DNA of 64,000 bases from Eledone cirrhosa (Eukaryota): NCBI GenBank assembly GCA_964016885.1, contig OZ024740.1, positions 81,654,001 to 81,718,000 of the forward strand, in the 5' to 3' direction. The first letter of the stretch is position 1. Every line of letters starts with the position of its first letter. Shown here piece after piece: positions 52,371-64,000 of this stretch. Under the pieces are notes generated by a model that had not been told where the DNA came from, made no database searches, and was given only the letters and a program-made list of their open reading frames with translations. The position numbers were made by a program, and so were the translations under genes.

Positions 52371-52968
52371 GTTTTTTTGTGAATGTGTCTGTTGATTTTT
52401 GGCATATAGTTGATTAGTTTAAGAGAAGTTCGAAGATAATTGTAGGATATGCACTCAGTATTTTGAATCTGTCTACAGAATTCTCTAAACCTTTGTCACT
52501 TAGTAGAACCTTAATGAATTTAGCTTTTCAAGAATCTCCCTTTCCTTTAATTCTATCTACCATGACTGACCCCCACTGATCTTATAGACATCTGTTAGCT
52601 TAAGAGAAACTTAATGACAAGGAATGGTATGCCATCCGGAACCTGTTTATAGAATTCTGTCTGCCTTTGTTACTCTAAAAACAAAAATTAATAAAAATAA
52701 ACTATAGCTTTGTAGAATTAGCTTTTAATGAATTCCCTTTTCTATCAACCAATGACCTACACCCATCCCACTCCCCACCCACTCCTACCACATGTAGAGA
52801 CCTATAAATACCATATTTATTTTTTGATACCCAGATTCCTGATTATTTCTAAAGAATGAAACAGTTCTAGTCCTGTAGAATCTCATCTATATTAAAACTT
52901 TTATACTCTGCAATGTATTGAGTACCTTACTTACTGTGGTTACCTCCGATTCAATCCGGAATAACGTA

Positions 52969-52969
52969 C

Positions 52970-53016
<47 letters not shown>

Positions 53017-53052
53017 TAGGTATATTATGATGTCTACCTGTTATTATTCATT

Positions 53053-53144
<92 letters not shown>

Positions 53145-53160
53145 TTGTGTGTGTGTGTGT
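52969..53160. repeat. (TA)n and (TG)n microsatellites
   Basis: Directly visible. Confidence 0.95.
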
Positions 53161-53200
53161 AAATAGTAAACAGAAATAACAACACAATCGGTAGAGTATA

Positions 53201-53379
53201 TGGAAGGAATATATTAGGTCAACGCTATAAATAGCAGGAAGAGGGTCTTAAACTTTCGGACGCTAGTCCTTCATGAAAAGAAAGAATGAGAAATTGAATA
53301 GATTGAAAGGACGGGCGGGGTGGAATTGGAAAAAAATATCTTTAGATCAAAATAACAGGTCCATTCATGTTGCCAACTC
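53201..53379 (-). mobile_element. Solo terminal fragment of the PLE-2 family with degenerate hammerhead
   Basis: Aligns to 45856-46033 (tggaaggaatatatta..aaatagcaggaagagggtcttaa..tttcggacgct.gtcctt..aataacaggtccattca). Minus strand reads CAUGA-A-GGAC-UAGC-GUCC-GAAA. Confidence 0.85.
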
Positions 53380-53395
53380 ATATATATATATATAT

Positions 53396-54002
53396 GGTGG
53401 CTGCCAACTCGTTTTCGAGTACGGCCACTACTTTATATCCATGTAGGAGAACCCCTACCGATGCGCTGAACGAGTGTGATTTTTAGTCCAGCCAGCGACT
53501 TGAAAACTCTGGTACAACGACTACACTTGTGACAATTATTGACACATAGTGCAGGGCCCATGGTACCATGTGATGACAAGTGCAGAGAGATCTCCAGATA
53601 TAAAGCAATGCCTGTGCTGTGAAGCTTTTATAGTGAGCAAAGTAACTGCACAAAGCCAGTCCCACTCTCTTAACCAAGATGATATTTACCAAAAAGAAGA
53701 ACAAGTCAACATCATTAGATACCATCAGGGTTGCAGGTGTTATATCAGAGTTTTCCTTCTCCTAGAATTCTGCCTTGACAAAGGCTAAGGGGTCATCTCT
53801 CCCGGTGATTTTGGATGGCCATTGACTCTTAAGAGCTCCCTTGCCCTTTGACAGGTTTTGTTTTTAGTCCTGCAGGATGTCCAAAGTCACCCTCCTCACC
53901 AAGAAACCTTGGTGGGGTTGCCAGTTTAGTCGCCAACGACCCGACCATGAGACAGGTTGTACTGGGATACATGTTACCAGTAGCACCAACTGGTGACCTG
54001 AC
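53396..54002 (-). mobile_element. Bipartite non-autonomous RTE derivative (5' UTR fused to 3' end)
   Basis: ~53625-54002 is homologous to the RTE 5' UTR at 48240-48922. 53458-53531 on the minus strand encodes HKCSRCTRVFKSLAGLK/HTRSAH, a C-terminal zinc-finger-like remnant. A short tail with a ctcg-aaaa-cgag hairpin follows. TA-rich repeats flank it. Confidence 0.72.
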
Positions 54003-54036
54003 ATACAATATATATATATACATACATACATCCATC

Positions 54037-54070
<34 letters not shown>

Positions 54071-54204
54071 TATATCGAGCGCCGACTCTGTAATGTAATT
54101 ATCTCCATTACCGAGTACTCCGCTGAATGATGGACTTAAGTGGTATAATCCTAATCTCTCTATCTATCAATCTATCCCTCTATGTCTCTCTCTCTCTCTC
54201 TCTC

Positions 54205-54231
<27 letters not shown>

Positions 54232-54241
<10 letters not shown>

Positions 54242-55084
54242 GAGAAGAAAGAAGAATACTGCGTGGTTTGCACATGGGTTACATATGATAAAAATAGTCC
54301 TTCGTCAGTGATTTTCCAACCATCATTGGTATTTCATCGCATTAAAAATCAGATACCACAGGTTGGTGCAAGCAATAACTAAAAAAAGTTTTTGGTACCA
54401 GAATTCGCGTAAGGCGAGGGGGACAAGTAAACAACATAGAAAGATGAAAGCAAACCAAAGATAGGAAAATAAACAAGCAACATGGTTGTCCGGACAGCAT
54501 AAGCTGGGTGGATTTCATGAGCGAGAGAGGTACAGACCGTGTTGATGTTTGTGAGATGTGAGCAAGAAGAGACCCACACCAGCCAAACGGGAGGAAGTGA
54601 GAAGGGGAGAAACAGAGAGTGAGTGAGTGGAAGTGTGAGGAAGAGGTCAGTCGACAGAAAGTTTAACTGACAGAGGGGGCGAAAAAAGGCGAGAGAAACG
54701 GAGAGAGTGGGGAAGCAGTAAGAGAGAAACAGACAAACGCAGCCGAGGTAAATATATATAAAAAACATGAGAAGAAAGAAGAATACTGCGTAGTTTGCAC
54801 ATGGGTTACATATGATAAAAATAGTCCTTCGTCAGTGATTTTCCAACCATCATTGTTATTTTATCGCATTAAAAATCAGAAACCTCAGTTTGGTCCGAGC
54901 AATAACGAAAAAAAGTTATTGGGACTAGAATTCGCGTAAGGCGAGGGGGACAAGTAAACAACATAGAAGGATAAAAGCAAACCGAAGATAGCAAAATAAA
55001 CAAGCAACATGGTTGTCCGGTCAGCATAATCTGGGTGGATTTCATGAGCGAGAGAGGTACAGACCGTGTTGATGTGTGTGAGAT
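54232..55084 (+). repeat. Diverged relic subfamily of satellite A, ~1.6 copies, 527-bp period, same orientation as the main array
   Basis: Shared blocks: aatactgc, gcacatgg, gtcc.tc.tcagtgattt, cattaaaaatca, cgcgtaa.gcgag, gagtgagtgagtggaagtgtgaggaagag, gacagagggggcgaaa, gcagtaagagag, aggtaaatatat. Repeat starts at 54241 and 54768. Confidence 0.93.
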
Positions 55085-55242
55085 ATATATATAAAGGAAC
55101 CAAATAAATATATATATTTTTTTTAAAATAAGACACCAGTTGCATTTTCGATTTCAACTTTTTTTTCGTTATACTTTCACTCGTGTAGACACCGGTTATT
55201 TTTCATTTTGTCAAAAAAACCTCACTTTCTAATATATATATA

Positions 55243-58200
55243 TAGATTTACCATCTTTCTAGCGGGTCCGGGTATGCTTTTTACATTCATTTGATTTATT
55301 GATTTATTGATTTTTTATCTGAGTGTCCCGAATCTTCCAGATCGCAATTTTTCGGTTGTATGGTTGATTATACACTTGTTCTATGTGTGACGGTATTTTA
55401 ACGATAGTTATAGCTCTGATTTATCTAAATTATTGAGCCCTCTGCCGCTCATATCGAATTTTGTTTATCGTGAACTCGTGCGCAGATTTTTCGATACTCG
55501 ATTATTCTACTATATTTAGCTCTAGACCTAGCTATTGACCAGTTAATTTTATTGTTCATTTTTTGTCGATTCTATTAAATGATGAATAGCTCCTGTTTAT
55601 TTTAACTTGTCTATTGAGCACTCTTATTCGATATGTGTATTTCCACATTTTCCCGAATATTTTTCGCGGATATAGAGGTTATCTCCCTTGCTGAATTCCA
55701 TGTGCGTATTTAGCCTGGGTTATGCCTTTTCATTCGTTTGGACAAAGCTCGTTGAGGAAGTAAACTCCCGTCCGCTGGCACCTAGAAGTCTCATATATTT
55801 TTATGTGAGCTGATAGAGGACAGTTTAAGGATTTACAGAAACCCAAGAAGCTAGATTTACCATCTTCCTAGCGGGTCCGGGGATGCTTTTTACATTCATT
55901 TGATTTATTGATTTATTGATTTTTTATCTGCGTGTCCCGAATCATCCAGATCGCAATTTTTCGGTTGTATGGTTGATTATACACTTGTTCTAAGTGTGAC
56001 GGTATTTTAACGATAGTTATAGCTCTGATTTATCTAAATTATTGAGCCCTCTGCCGCTCATATCGAATTTTGTTTATCGTGAACTCGTGCGCTGATTTTT
56101 CGATACTCGATTATTCTACTATATTTAGCTCTAGACCTAGCTATTGACCAGTTAATTTTATTGTTCATTTTTTGTCGATTCTATTAAATGATGAATAGCT
56201 CCTGTTTATTTTAACTTGTCTATTGAGCACTCTTATTCGATATGTGTATTTCCACATTTTCCCGAATATTTTACGCGGATATAGAGGTTATCTCCCTTGC
56301 TGAATTCCATGTGCGTATTTAGCCTGGGTTATGCCTTTTCATTCGTTTGGACAAAGCTCGTTGAGGAAGTAAACTCCCGTCCGCTGGCACCTAGAAGTCT
56401 CATATATTTTTATGTGAGCTGATAGAGGACAGTTTAAGGATTTACAGAAACCCAAGAAGCTAGATTTACCATCTTTCTAGCGGGTCCGGGTATGCTTTTT
56501 ACATTCATTTGATTTATTGATTTATTGATTTTTTATCTGAGTGTCCCGAACCTTCCAGATCGCAATTTTTCGGTTGTATGGTTGATTATAGACTTGTTCT
56601 ATGTGTGACGGTATTTTAACGATAGTTATAGCTCTGATTTATCTAAATTATTGAGCCCTCTGCCGCTCATATCGAATTTTGTTTATCGTGAACTCGTGCG
56701 CCCATTTTTCGATACTCGATTATTCTACTATATTTAGCTCTAGACCTAGCTATTGACCAGTTAATTTTATTGTTTATTTTTTGTCGATTCTATTAAATGA
56801 TGAATAGCTCCTGTTTATTTTAACTTGTCTATTCAGCACTCTTATTCGATATGTGTATTTCCACATTTTCCCGAATATTTATCGCGGATATAGAGGTTAT
56901 CTCCCTTGCTGAATTCCATGTGCGTATTTAGCCTGGGTTATGCCTTTTCATTCGTTTGGACAAAGCTCGTTGAGGAAGTAAACTCCCGTCCGCTGGCACC
57001 TAGAAGTCTTATATATTTTTATGTGAGCTGATAGAGGACAGTTTAAGGATTTACAGAAAACCAAGAAGCTAGATTTACCATCTTTCTAGCGGTTCCGGGT
57101 ATGCTTTTACATTCATTTGATTTATTGATTTATTGATTTTTTTATCTGAGTGTCCCGAACCTTCCAGATCGCAATTTTTCGGTTGTATGGTTGATTATAG
57201 ACTTGTTCTATGTATGAAGGTATTTTAACGATAGTTATAGCTCTGATTTATCTAAATTATTGAGCCCTCTGCCGCTCATATCGAATTTTGTTTATCGTGA
57301 ACTCGTGCGCCTATTTTTCGATACTCGATTATTCTACTATATTTAGCTCTAGACCTAGCTATTGACCAGTTAATTTTATTGTTTATTTTTTGTCGATTCT
57401 ATTAAATGATGAATAGCTCCTGTTTATTTTAACTTTTCTATTCAGCACTCTTATTCGATATGTGTATTTCCACATTTTCCCGAATATTTTTCGCGGATAT
57501 AGAGGTTATCTCCCTTGCTGAATTCCATGTGCGTATTTAGCCTGGGTTACGCCTTTTCATTCGTTTGGACAAAGCTCGTTGAGGAAGTAAACTCCCGTCC
57601 GCTGGCACCTAGAAGTCTTATATATTTTTATGTGAGCTGATAGAGGACAGTTTAAGGATTTACAGAAAACCAAGAAGCTAGATTTACCATCTTTCTAGCG
57701 GTTCCGGGTATGCTTTTACATTCATTTGATTTATTGATTTATTGATTTTTTATCTGAGTGTCCCGAACCTTCCAGATCGCAATTTTTCGGTTGTATGGTT
57801 GATTATAGACTTGTTCTATGTGTGACGGTATTTTAACGATAGTTATAGCTCTGATTTATCTAAATTATTGTGCCCCCTGCCGCTCATATCGAATTTTGTT
57901 TATCGTGAACTCGTGCGCCTATTTTTCGATACTCGATTATTCTACTATATTTAGCTCTAGACCTAGCTATTGACCAGTTAATTTTATTGTTTATTTTTTG
58001 TCGATTCTATTAAATGATGATTAGCTCCTGTTTATTTTAACTTGTCTATTCAGCACTCTTATTCGATATGTGTATTTCCACATTTTCCCGAATATTTATC
58101 GCGGATATAGAGGTTATCTCCCTTGCTGAATTCCATGTGCGTATTTAGCCTGGGTTATGCCTTTTCATTCGTTTGGACAAAGCTCGTTGAGGAAGTAAAC

Positions 58201-61200
58201 TCCCGTCCGCTGGCACCTAGAAGTCTTATATATTTTTATGTGAGCTGATAGAGGACAGTTTAAGGATTTACAGAAAACCAAGAAGCTAGATTTACCATCT
58301 TTCTAGCGGTTCCGGGTATGCTTTTACATTCATTTGATTTATTGATTTATTGATTTTTTTATCTGAGTGTCCCGAACCTTCCAGATCGCAATTTTTCGGT
58401 TGTATGGTTGATTATAGACTTGTTCTATGTATGAAGGTATTTTAACGATAGTTATAGCTCTGATTTATCTAAATTATTGAGCCCTCTGCCGCTCATATCG
58501 AATTTTGTTTATCGTGAACTCGTGCGCCTATTTTTCGATACTCGATTATTCTACTATATTTAGCTCTAGACCTAGCTATTGACCAGTTAATTTTATTGTT
58601 TATTTTTTGTCGATTCTATTAAATGATGAATAGCTCCTGTTTATTTTAACTTTTCTATTCAGCACTCTTATTCGATATGTGTATTTCCACATTTTCCCGA
58701 ATATTTTTCGCGGATATAGAGGTTATCTCCCTTGCTGAATTCCATGTGCGTATTTAGCCTGGGTTACGCCTTTTCATTCGTTTGGACAAAGCTCGTTGAG
58801 GAAGTAAACTCCCGTCCGCTGGCACCTAGAAGTCTTATATATTTTTATGTGAGCTGATAGAGGACAGTTTAAGGATTTACAGAAAACCAAGAAGCTAGAT
58901 TTACCATCTTTCTAGCGGTTCCGGGTATGCTTTTACATTCATTTGATTTATTGATTTATTGATTTTTTATCTGAGTGTCCCGAACCTTCCAGATCGCAAT
59001 TTTTCGGTTGTATGGTTGATTATAGACTTGTTCTATGTGTGACGGTATTTTAACGATAGTTATAGCTCTGATTTATCTAAATTATTGTGCCCCCTGCCGC
59101 TCATATCGAATTTTGTTTATCGTGAACTCGTGCGCCTATTTTTCGATACTCGATTATTCTACTATATTTAGCTCTAGACCTAGCTATTGACCAGTTAATT
59201 TTATTGTTTATTTTTTGTCGATTCTATTAAATGATGATTAGCTCCTGTTTATTTTAACTTGTCTATTCAGCACTCTTATTCGATATGTGTATTTCCACAT
59301 TTTCCCGAATATTTTTCGCGGATATAGAGGTTATCTCCCTTGCTGAATTCCATGTGCGTATTTAGCCTGGGTTATGCCTTTTCATTCGTTTGGACAAAGC
59401 TCGTTGAGGAAGTAAACTCCCGTCCGCTGGACCTAGAAGTCTTATATATTTTTATGTGAGCTGATAGAGGACAGTTTAAGGATTTACAGAAAACCAAGAA
59501 GCTAGATTTACCATCTTTTTAGCGGTTCCGGGTATGCTTTTACATTCATTTGATTTATTGATTTATTGATTTTTTATCTGAGTGTCCCGAACCTTCCAGA
59601 TCGCAATTTTTCGGGTGTATGGTTGATTATAGACTTGTTCTATGTGTGACGGTATTTTAACGATAGTTATAGCTCTGATTTATCTAAATTATTGTGCCCT
59701 CTTCCGCTCATATCGAATTTTGTTTATCGTGAACTCGTGCGCCTATTTTTCGATACTCGATTATTCTACTATATTTAGCTCTAGACCTAGCTATTGACCA
59801 GTTAATTTTATTGTTTATTTTTTGTCGATTCTATTAAATGATGAATAGCTCCTGTTTATTTTAACTTGTCTATTCAGCACTCTTATTCGATATGTGTATT
59901 TCCACATTTTCCCGAATATTTTTCGCGGATATAGAGGTTATCTCCCTTGCTGAATTCCATGTGCGTATTTAGCCTGGGTTATGCCTTTTCATTCGTTTGG
60001 ACAAAGCTCGTTGAGGAAGTAAACTCCCGTCCGCTGGCACCTAGAAGTCTTATATATTTTTATGTGAGCTGATAGAGGACAGTTTAACGATTTACAGAAA
60101 ACCAAGAAGCTAGATTTACCATCTTTTTAGCGGTTCCGGGTATGCTTTTACATTCATTTGATTTATTGATTTATTGATTTTTTATCTGAGTGTCCCGAAC
60201 CTTCCAGATCGCAATTTTTCGGGTGTATGGTTGATTATAGACTTGTTCTATGTGTGACGGTATTTTAACGATAGTTATAGCTCTGATTTATCTAAATTAT
60301 TGAGCCCTCTGCCGCTCATATCGAATTTTGTTTATCGTGAATTCGTGCGCCTATTTTTCGATACTCGATTATTCTACTATATTTAGCTCTAGACCTAGCT
60401 ATTGACCAGTTAATTTTATTGTTCATTTTTTGTCGATTCTATTAAATGATGAATAGCTCCTGTTTATATTAACTTGTCTATTGAGCACTCTTATTCGATA
60501 TGTGTATTTCCACATTTTCCCGAATATTTTTCGCGGATATAGAGGTTATCTCCCTTGCTGAATTCCATGTGCGTATTTAGCCTGGGTTATGCCTTTTCAT
60601 TCGTTTGGACAAAGCTCGTTGAGGAAGTAAACTCCCGTCCGCTGGCACCTAGAAGTCTTATATATTTTTATGTGAGCTGATAGAGGACAGTTTAAGGATG
60701 TACAGAAACCCAAGAAGCTAGATTTACCATCTTTCTAGCGGGTCCGGGTATGCTTTTTACATTCATTTGATTTATTGATTTATTGATTTTTTATCTGAAT
60801 GTCCCGAATCTTCCAGATCGCAATTTTTCGGTTGTATGGTTGATTATAGACTTGTTCTATGTGTGACGGTATTTTAACGATAGTTATAGCTCTGATTTAT
60901 CTAAATTATTGAGCCCTCTGCCGCTCATATCGAATTTTGTCTATCGTGAACTCGTGCGCCTATTTTTCGATACTCGATTATTCTACTATATTTAGCTCTA
61001 GACCTAACTATTGACCAGTTAATTTTATTGTTTATTTTTTGTCGATTCTATTAAATGATGAATAGCTCCTGTTTATTTTAACTTGTCTATTCAGCACTCT
61101 TATTCGATATGTGTATTTCCACATTTTCCCGAATATTTTTCGCGGATATAGAGGTTATCTCCCTTGCTGAATTCCATGTGCGTATTTAGCCTGGGTTATG

Positions 61201-64000
61201 CCTTTTCATTCGTTTGGACAAAGCTCGTTGAGGAAGTAAACTCCCGTCCGCTGGCACCTAGAAGTCTTATATATTTTTATGTGAGCTGATAGAGGACAGT
61301 TTAACGATTTACAGAAAACCAAGAAGCTAGATTTACCATCTTTCTAGCGGTTCCGGGTATGCTTTTACATTCATTTGATTTATTGATTTATTGATTTTTT
61401 ATCTGAGTGTCCCGAACCTTCCAGATCGCAATTTTTCGGTTGTATGGTTGATTATCGACTTGTTCTATGTGTGACGGTATTTTAACGATAGTTATAGCTC
61501 TGATTTATCTAAATTATTGAGCCCTCTGCCGCTCATATCGAATTTTGTTTATCGTGAACTCGTGCGCCTATTTTTCGATACTCGATTATTCTACTATATT
61601 CAGCTCTAGACCTAGCTATTGACCAGTTAATTTTAATGTTTATTTTTTGTCGATTCTATTAAATGATGAATAGCTCCTGTTTATTTTAACTTGTCTATTC
61701 AGCACTCTTATTCGATATGTGTATTTCCACATTTTCCCGAATATTTTTCGCGGATATAGAGGTTATCTCCCTTGCTGAATTCCATGTGCGTATTTAGCCT
61801 GGGTTATGCCTTTTCATTCGTTTGGACAAAGCTCGTTGAGGAAGTAAACTCCCGTCCGATGGCACCTAGAAGTCTTATATATTTTTATGTAAGCTGATAG
61901 AGGACAGTTTAAGGATGTACAGAAACCCAAGAAGCTAGATTTACCATCTTTCTAGCGGGTCCGGGGATGCTTTTTACATTCATTTGATTTATTGATTTAT
62001 TGATTTTTTATCTGAGTGTCCCGAATCTTCCAGATCGCAATTTTTCGGTTGTATGGTTGATTATAGACTTGTTCTATGTGTGACGGTATTTTAACGATAG
62101 TTATAGCTCTGATTTATCTAAATTATTGAGCCCTCTGCCGCTCATATCGAATTTTGTTTATCGTGAACTCGTGCGCCTATTTTTCGATACTCGATTATTC
62201 TACTATATTTAGCTCTAGACCTAACTATTGACCAGTTAATTTTATTGTTTATTTTTTGTCGATTCTATTAAATGATGAATAGCTCCTGTTTATTTTAACT
62301 TGTCTATTCAGCACTCTTATTCGATATGTGTATTTCCACATTTTCCCGAATATTTTTCGCGGATATAGAGGTTATCTCCCTTGCTGAATTCCATGTGCGT
62401 ATTTAGCCTGGGTTATGCCTTTTCATTCGTTTGGACAAAGCTCGTTGAGGAAGTAAACTCCCGTCCGCTGGCACCTAGAAGTCTTATATATTTTTATGTG
62501 AGCTGATAGAGGACAGTTTAAGGATTTACAGAATACCAAGAAGCTAGATTTACCATCTTTCTAGCGGTTCCGGGTATGCTTTTACATTCATTTGATTTAT
62601 TGATTTATTGATTTTTTATCTGAGTGTCCCGAACCTTCCAGATCGCAATTTTTCGGTTGTATGGTTGATTATAGACTTGTTCTATGTGTGACGGTATTTT
62701 AACGATAGTTATAGCTCTGATTTATCTAAATTATTGAGCCCTCTGCCGCTCATATCGAATTTTGTTTATCGTGAACTCGTGCGCCGATTTTTCGATACTC
62801 GATTATTCTACTATATTTAGCTCTAGACCTAGCTATTGACCAGTTAATTTTATTGTTTATTTTTTGTCGATTCTATTAAATGATGAATAGCTCCTGTTTA
62901 TTTTAACTTGTCTATTCAGCACTCTTATTCGATATGTGTATTTCCACATTTTCCCGAATATTTTTCGCGGATATAGAGGTTATCTCCCTTGCTGAATTCC
63001 ATGTGCGTATTTAGCCTGGGTTATGCCTTTTCATTCGTTTGGACAAAGCTCGTTGAGGAAGTAAACTCCCGTCCGCTGGCACCTAGAAGTCTTATATATT
63101 TTTATGTGAGCTGATAGAGGACAGTTTAAGGATTTACAGAAAACCAAGAAGCTAGATTTACCATCTTTCTAGCGGTTCCGGGTATGCTTCTACATTCATT
63201 TGATTTATTGATTTATTGATTTTTTATCTGAGTGTCCCGAACCTTCCAGATCGCAATTTTTCGGTTGTATGGTTGATTATAGACTTGTTCTATGTGTGAC
63301 GGTATTTTAACGATAGTTATAGCTCTGATTTATCTAAATTATTGAGCCCTCTGCCGCTCATATCGAATTTTGTTTATCGTGAACTCGTGCGCCGATTTTT
63401 CGATACTCGATTATTCTACTATATTTAGCTCTAGACCTAGCTATTGACCAGTTAATTTTATTGTTCATTTTTTGTCGATTCTATTAAATGATGAATAGCT
63501 CCTGTTTATTTTAACTTGTCTATTGAGCACTCTTATTCGATATGTGTCTTTCCACATTTTCCCGAATATTTTTCGCGGATACAGAGGTTATCTCCCTTGC
63601 TGAATTCCATGTGCGTATTTAGCCTGGGTTATGCCTTTTCATTCGTTTGGACAAAGCTCGTTGAGGAAGTAAACTCCCGTCCGCTGGCACCTAGAAGTCT
63701 TATATATTTTTATGTAAGCTGATAGAGGACAGTTTAAGGATGTACAGAAACCCAAGAAGCTAGATTTACCATCTTTCTAGCGGGTCCGGGGATGCTTTTT
63801 ACATTCATTTGATTTATTGATTTATTGATTTTTTATCTGCGTGTCCCGAATCATCCAGATCGCAATTTTTCGGTTGTATGGTTGATTATACACTTGTTCT
63901 AAGTGTGACGGTATTTTAACGATAGTTATAGCTCTGATTTATCTAAATTATTGAGCCCTCTGCCGCTCATATCGAATTTTGTTTATCGTGAACTCGTGCG
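55243..64000. repeat. Satellite B: tandem array of 607-609-bp monomers (~14.4 copies, probably continuing past the right edge)
   Basis: tagatttaccatc starts at 55243, 55852, 56461, 57070, 57679, 58287, 58896, 59503, 60111, 60719, 61328, 61936, 62545, 63153 and 63761. Confidence 0.99.

Noticed and set aside
55339-55355. Sm-site-like AATTTTTCGG in satellite B (snRNA or SL RNA)
   Set aside because: Short T-run motifs are expected in AT-rich DNA, and no accompanying snRNA or SL structure was recognised.
55243-55851. Homology between satellite B and inverted satellite A
   Set aside because: Only scattered 8-9-mers (tccatgtgc, cattcgtt, gctcatat) are shared and they are not collinear.
55808-55945. 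Hammerhead in satellite B (CTGATAGAGGACA ... TGTCCCGAA)
   Set aside because: The core has an extra base, there is no GAAA after the putative stem II, and the halves are over 100 nt apart.
63516-63722. 68-aa ORF in satellite B
   Set aside because: It depends on single-base variants in some monomers and has no recognisable protein features.

Overview
Eukaryotic, AT- and microsatellite-rich heterochromatin-type DNA. An invertebrate animal is inferred from the element types but not verified. No intact host gene is visible. The window has three zones. (1) 1-42760: about 83 head-to-tail copies of a ~514-bp satellite (satellite A). Each copy has an internal (GA)n-A-run, a CENP-B-box-like 17-mer and the 5' half of a hammerhead-like core. 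The array ends in a (TA)n-centred fold-back palindrome. (2) 42761-55240: a 12.5-kb island of decayed retroelements set in (TA)n/(TG)n tracts. It holds three Penelope-like elements (RT C-terminus and/or GIY-YIG endonuclease, degenerate minimal hammerhead ribozymes, inverted duplications), an RTE-type LINE fragment, a bipartite non-autonomous RTE derivative and 1.6 diverged copies of satellite A. (3) 55243-64000: about 14.4 copies of an unrelated ~609-bp satellite (satellite B). Nearly all ORFs in the track are repeat artefacts. I see no novel protein-coding system. The best leads are non-coding: a possible centromeric role and ribozyme/retroelement origin of satellite A, a recurring (TA)n plus inverted-duplication signature, and a structured RTE 5' leader.
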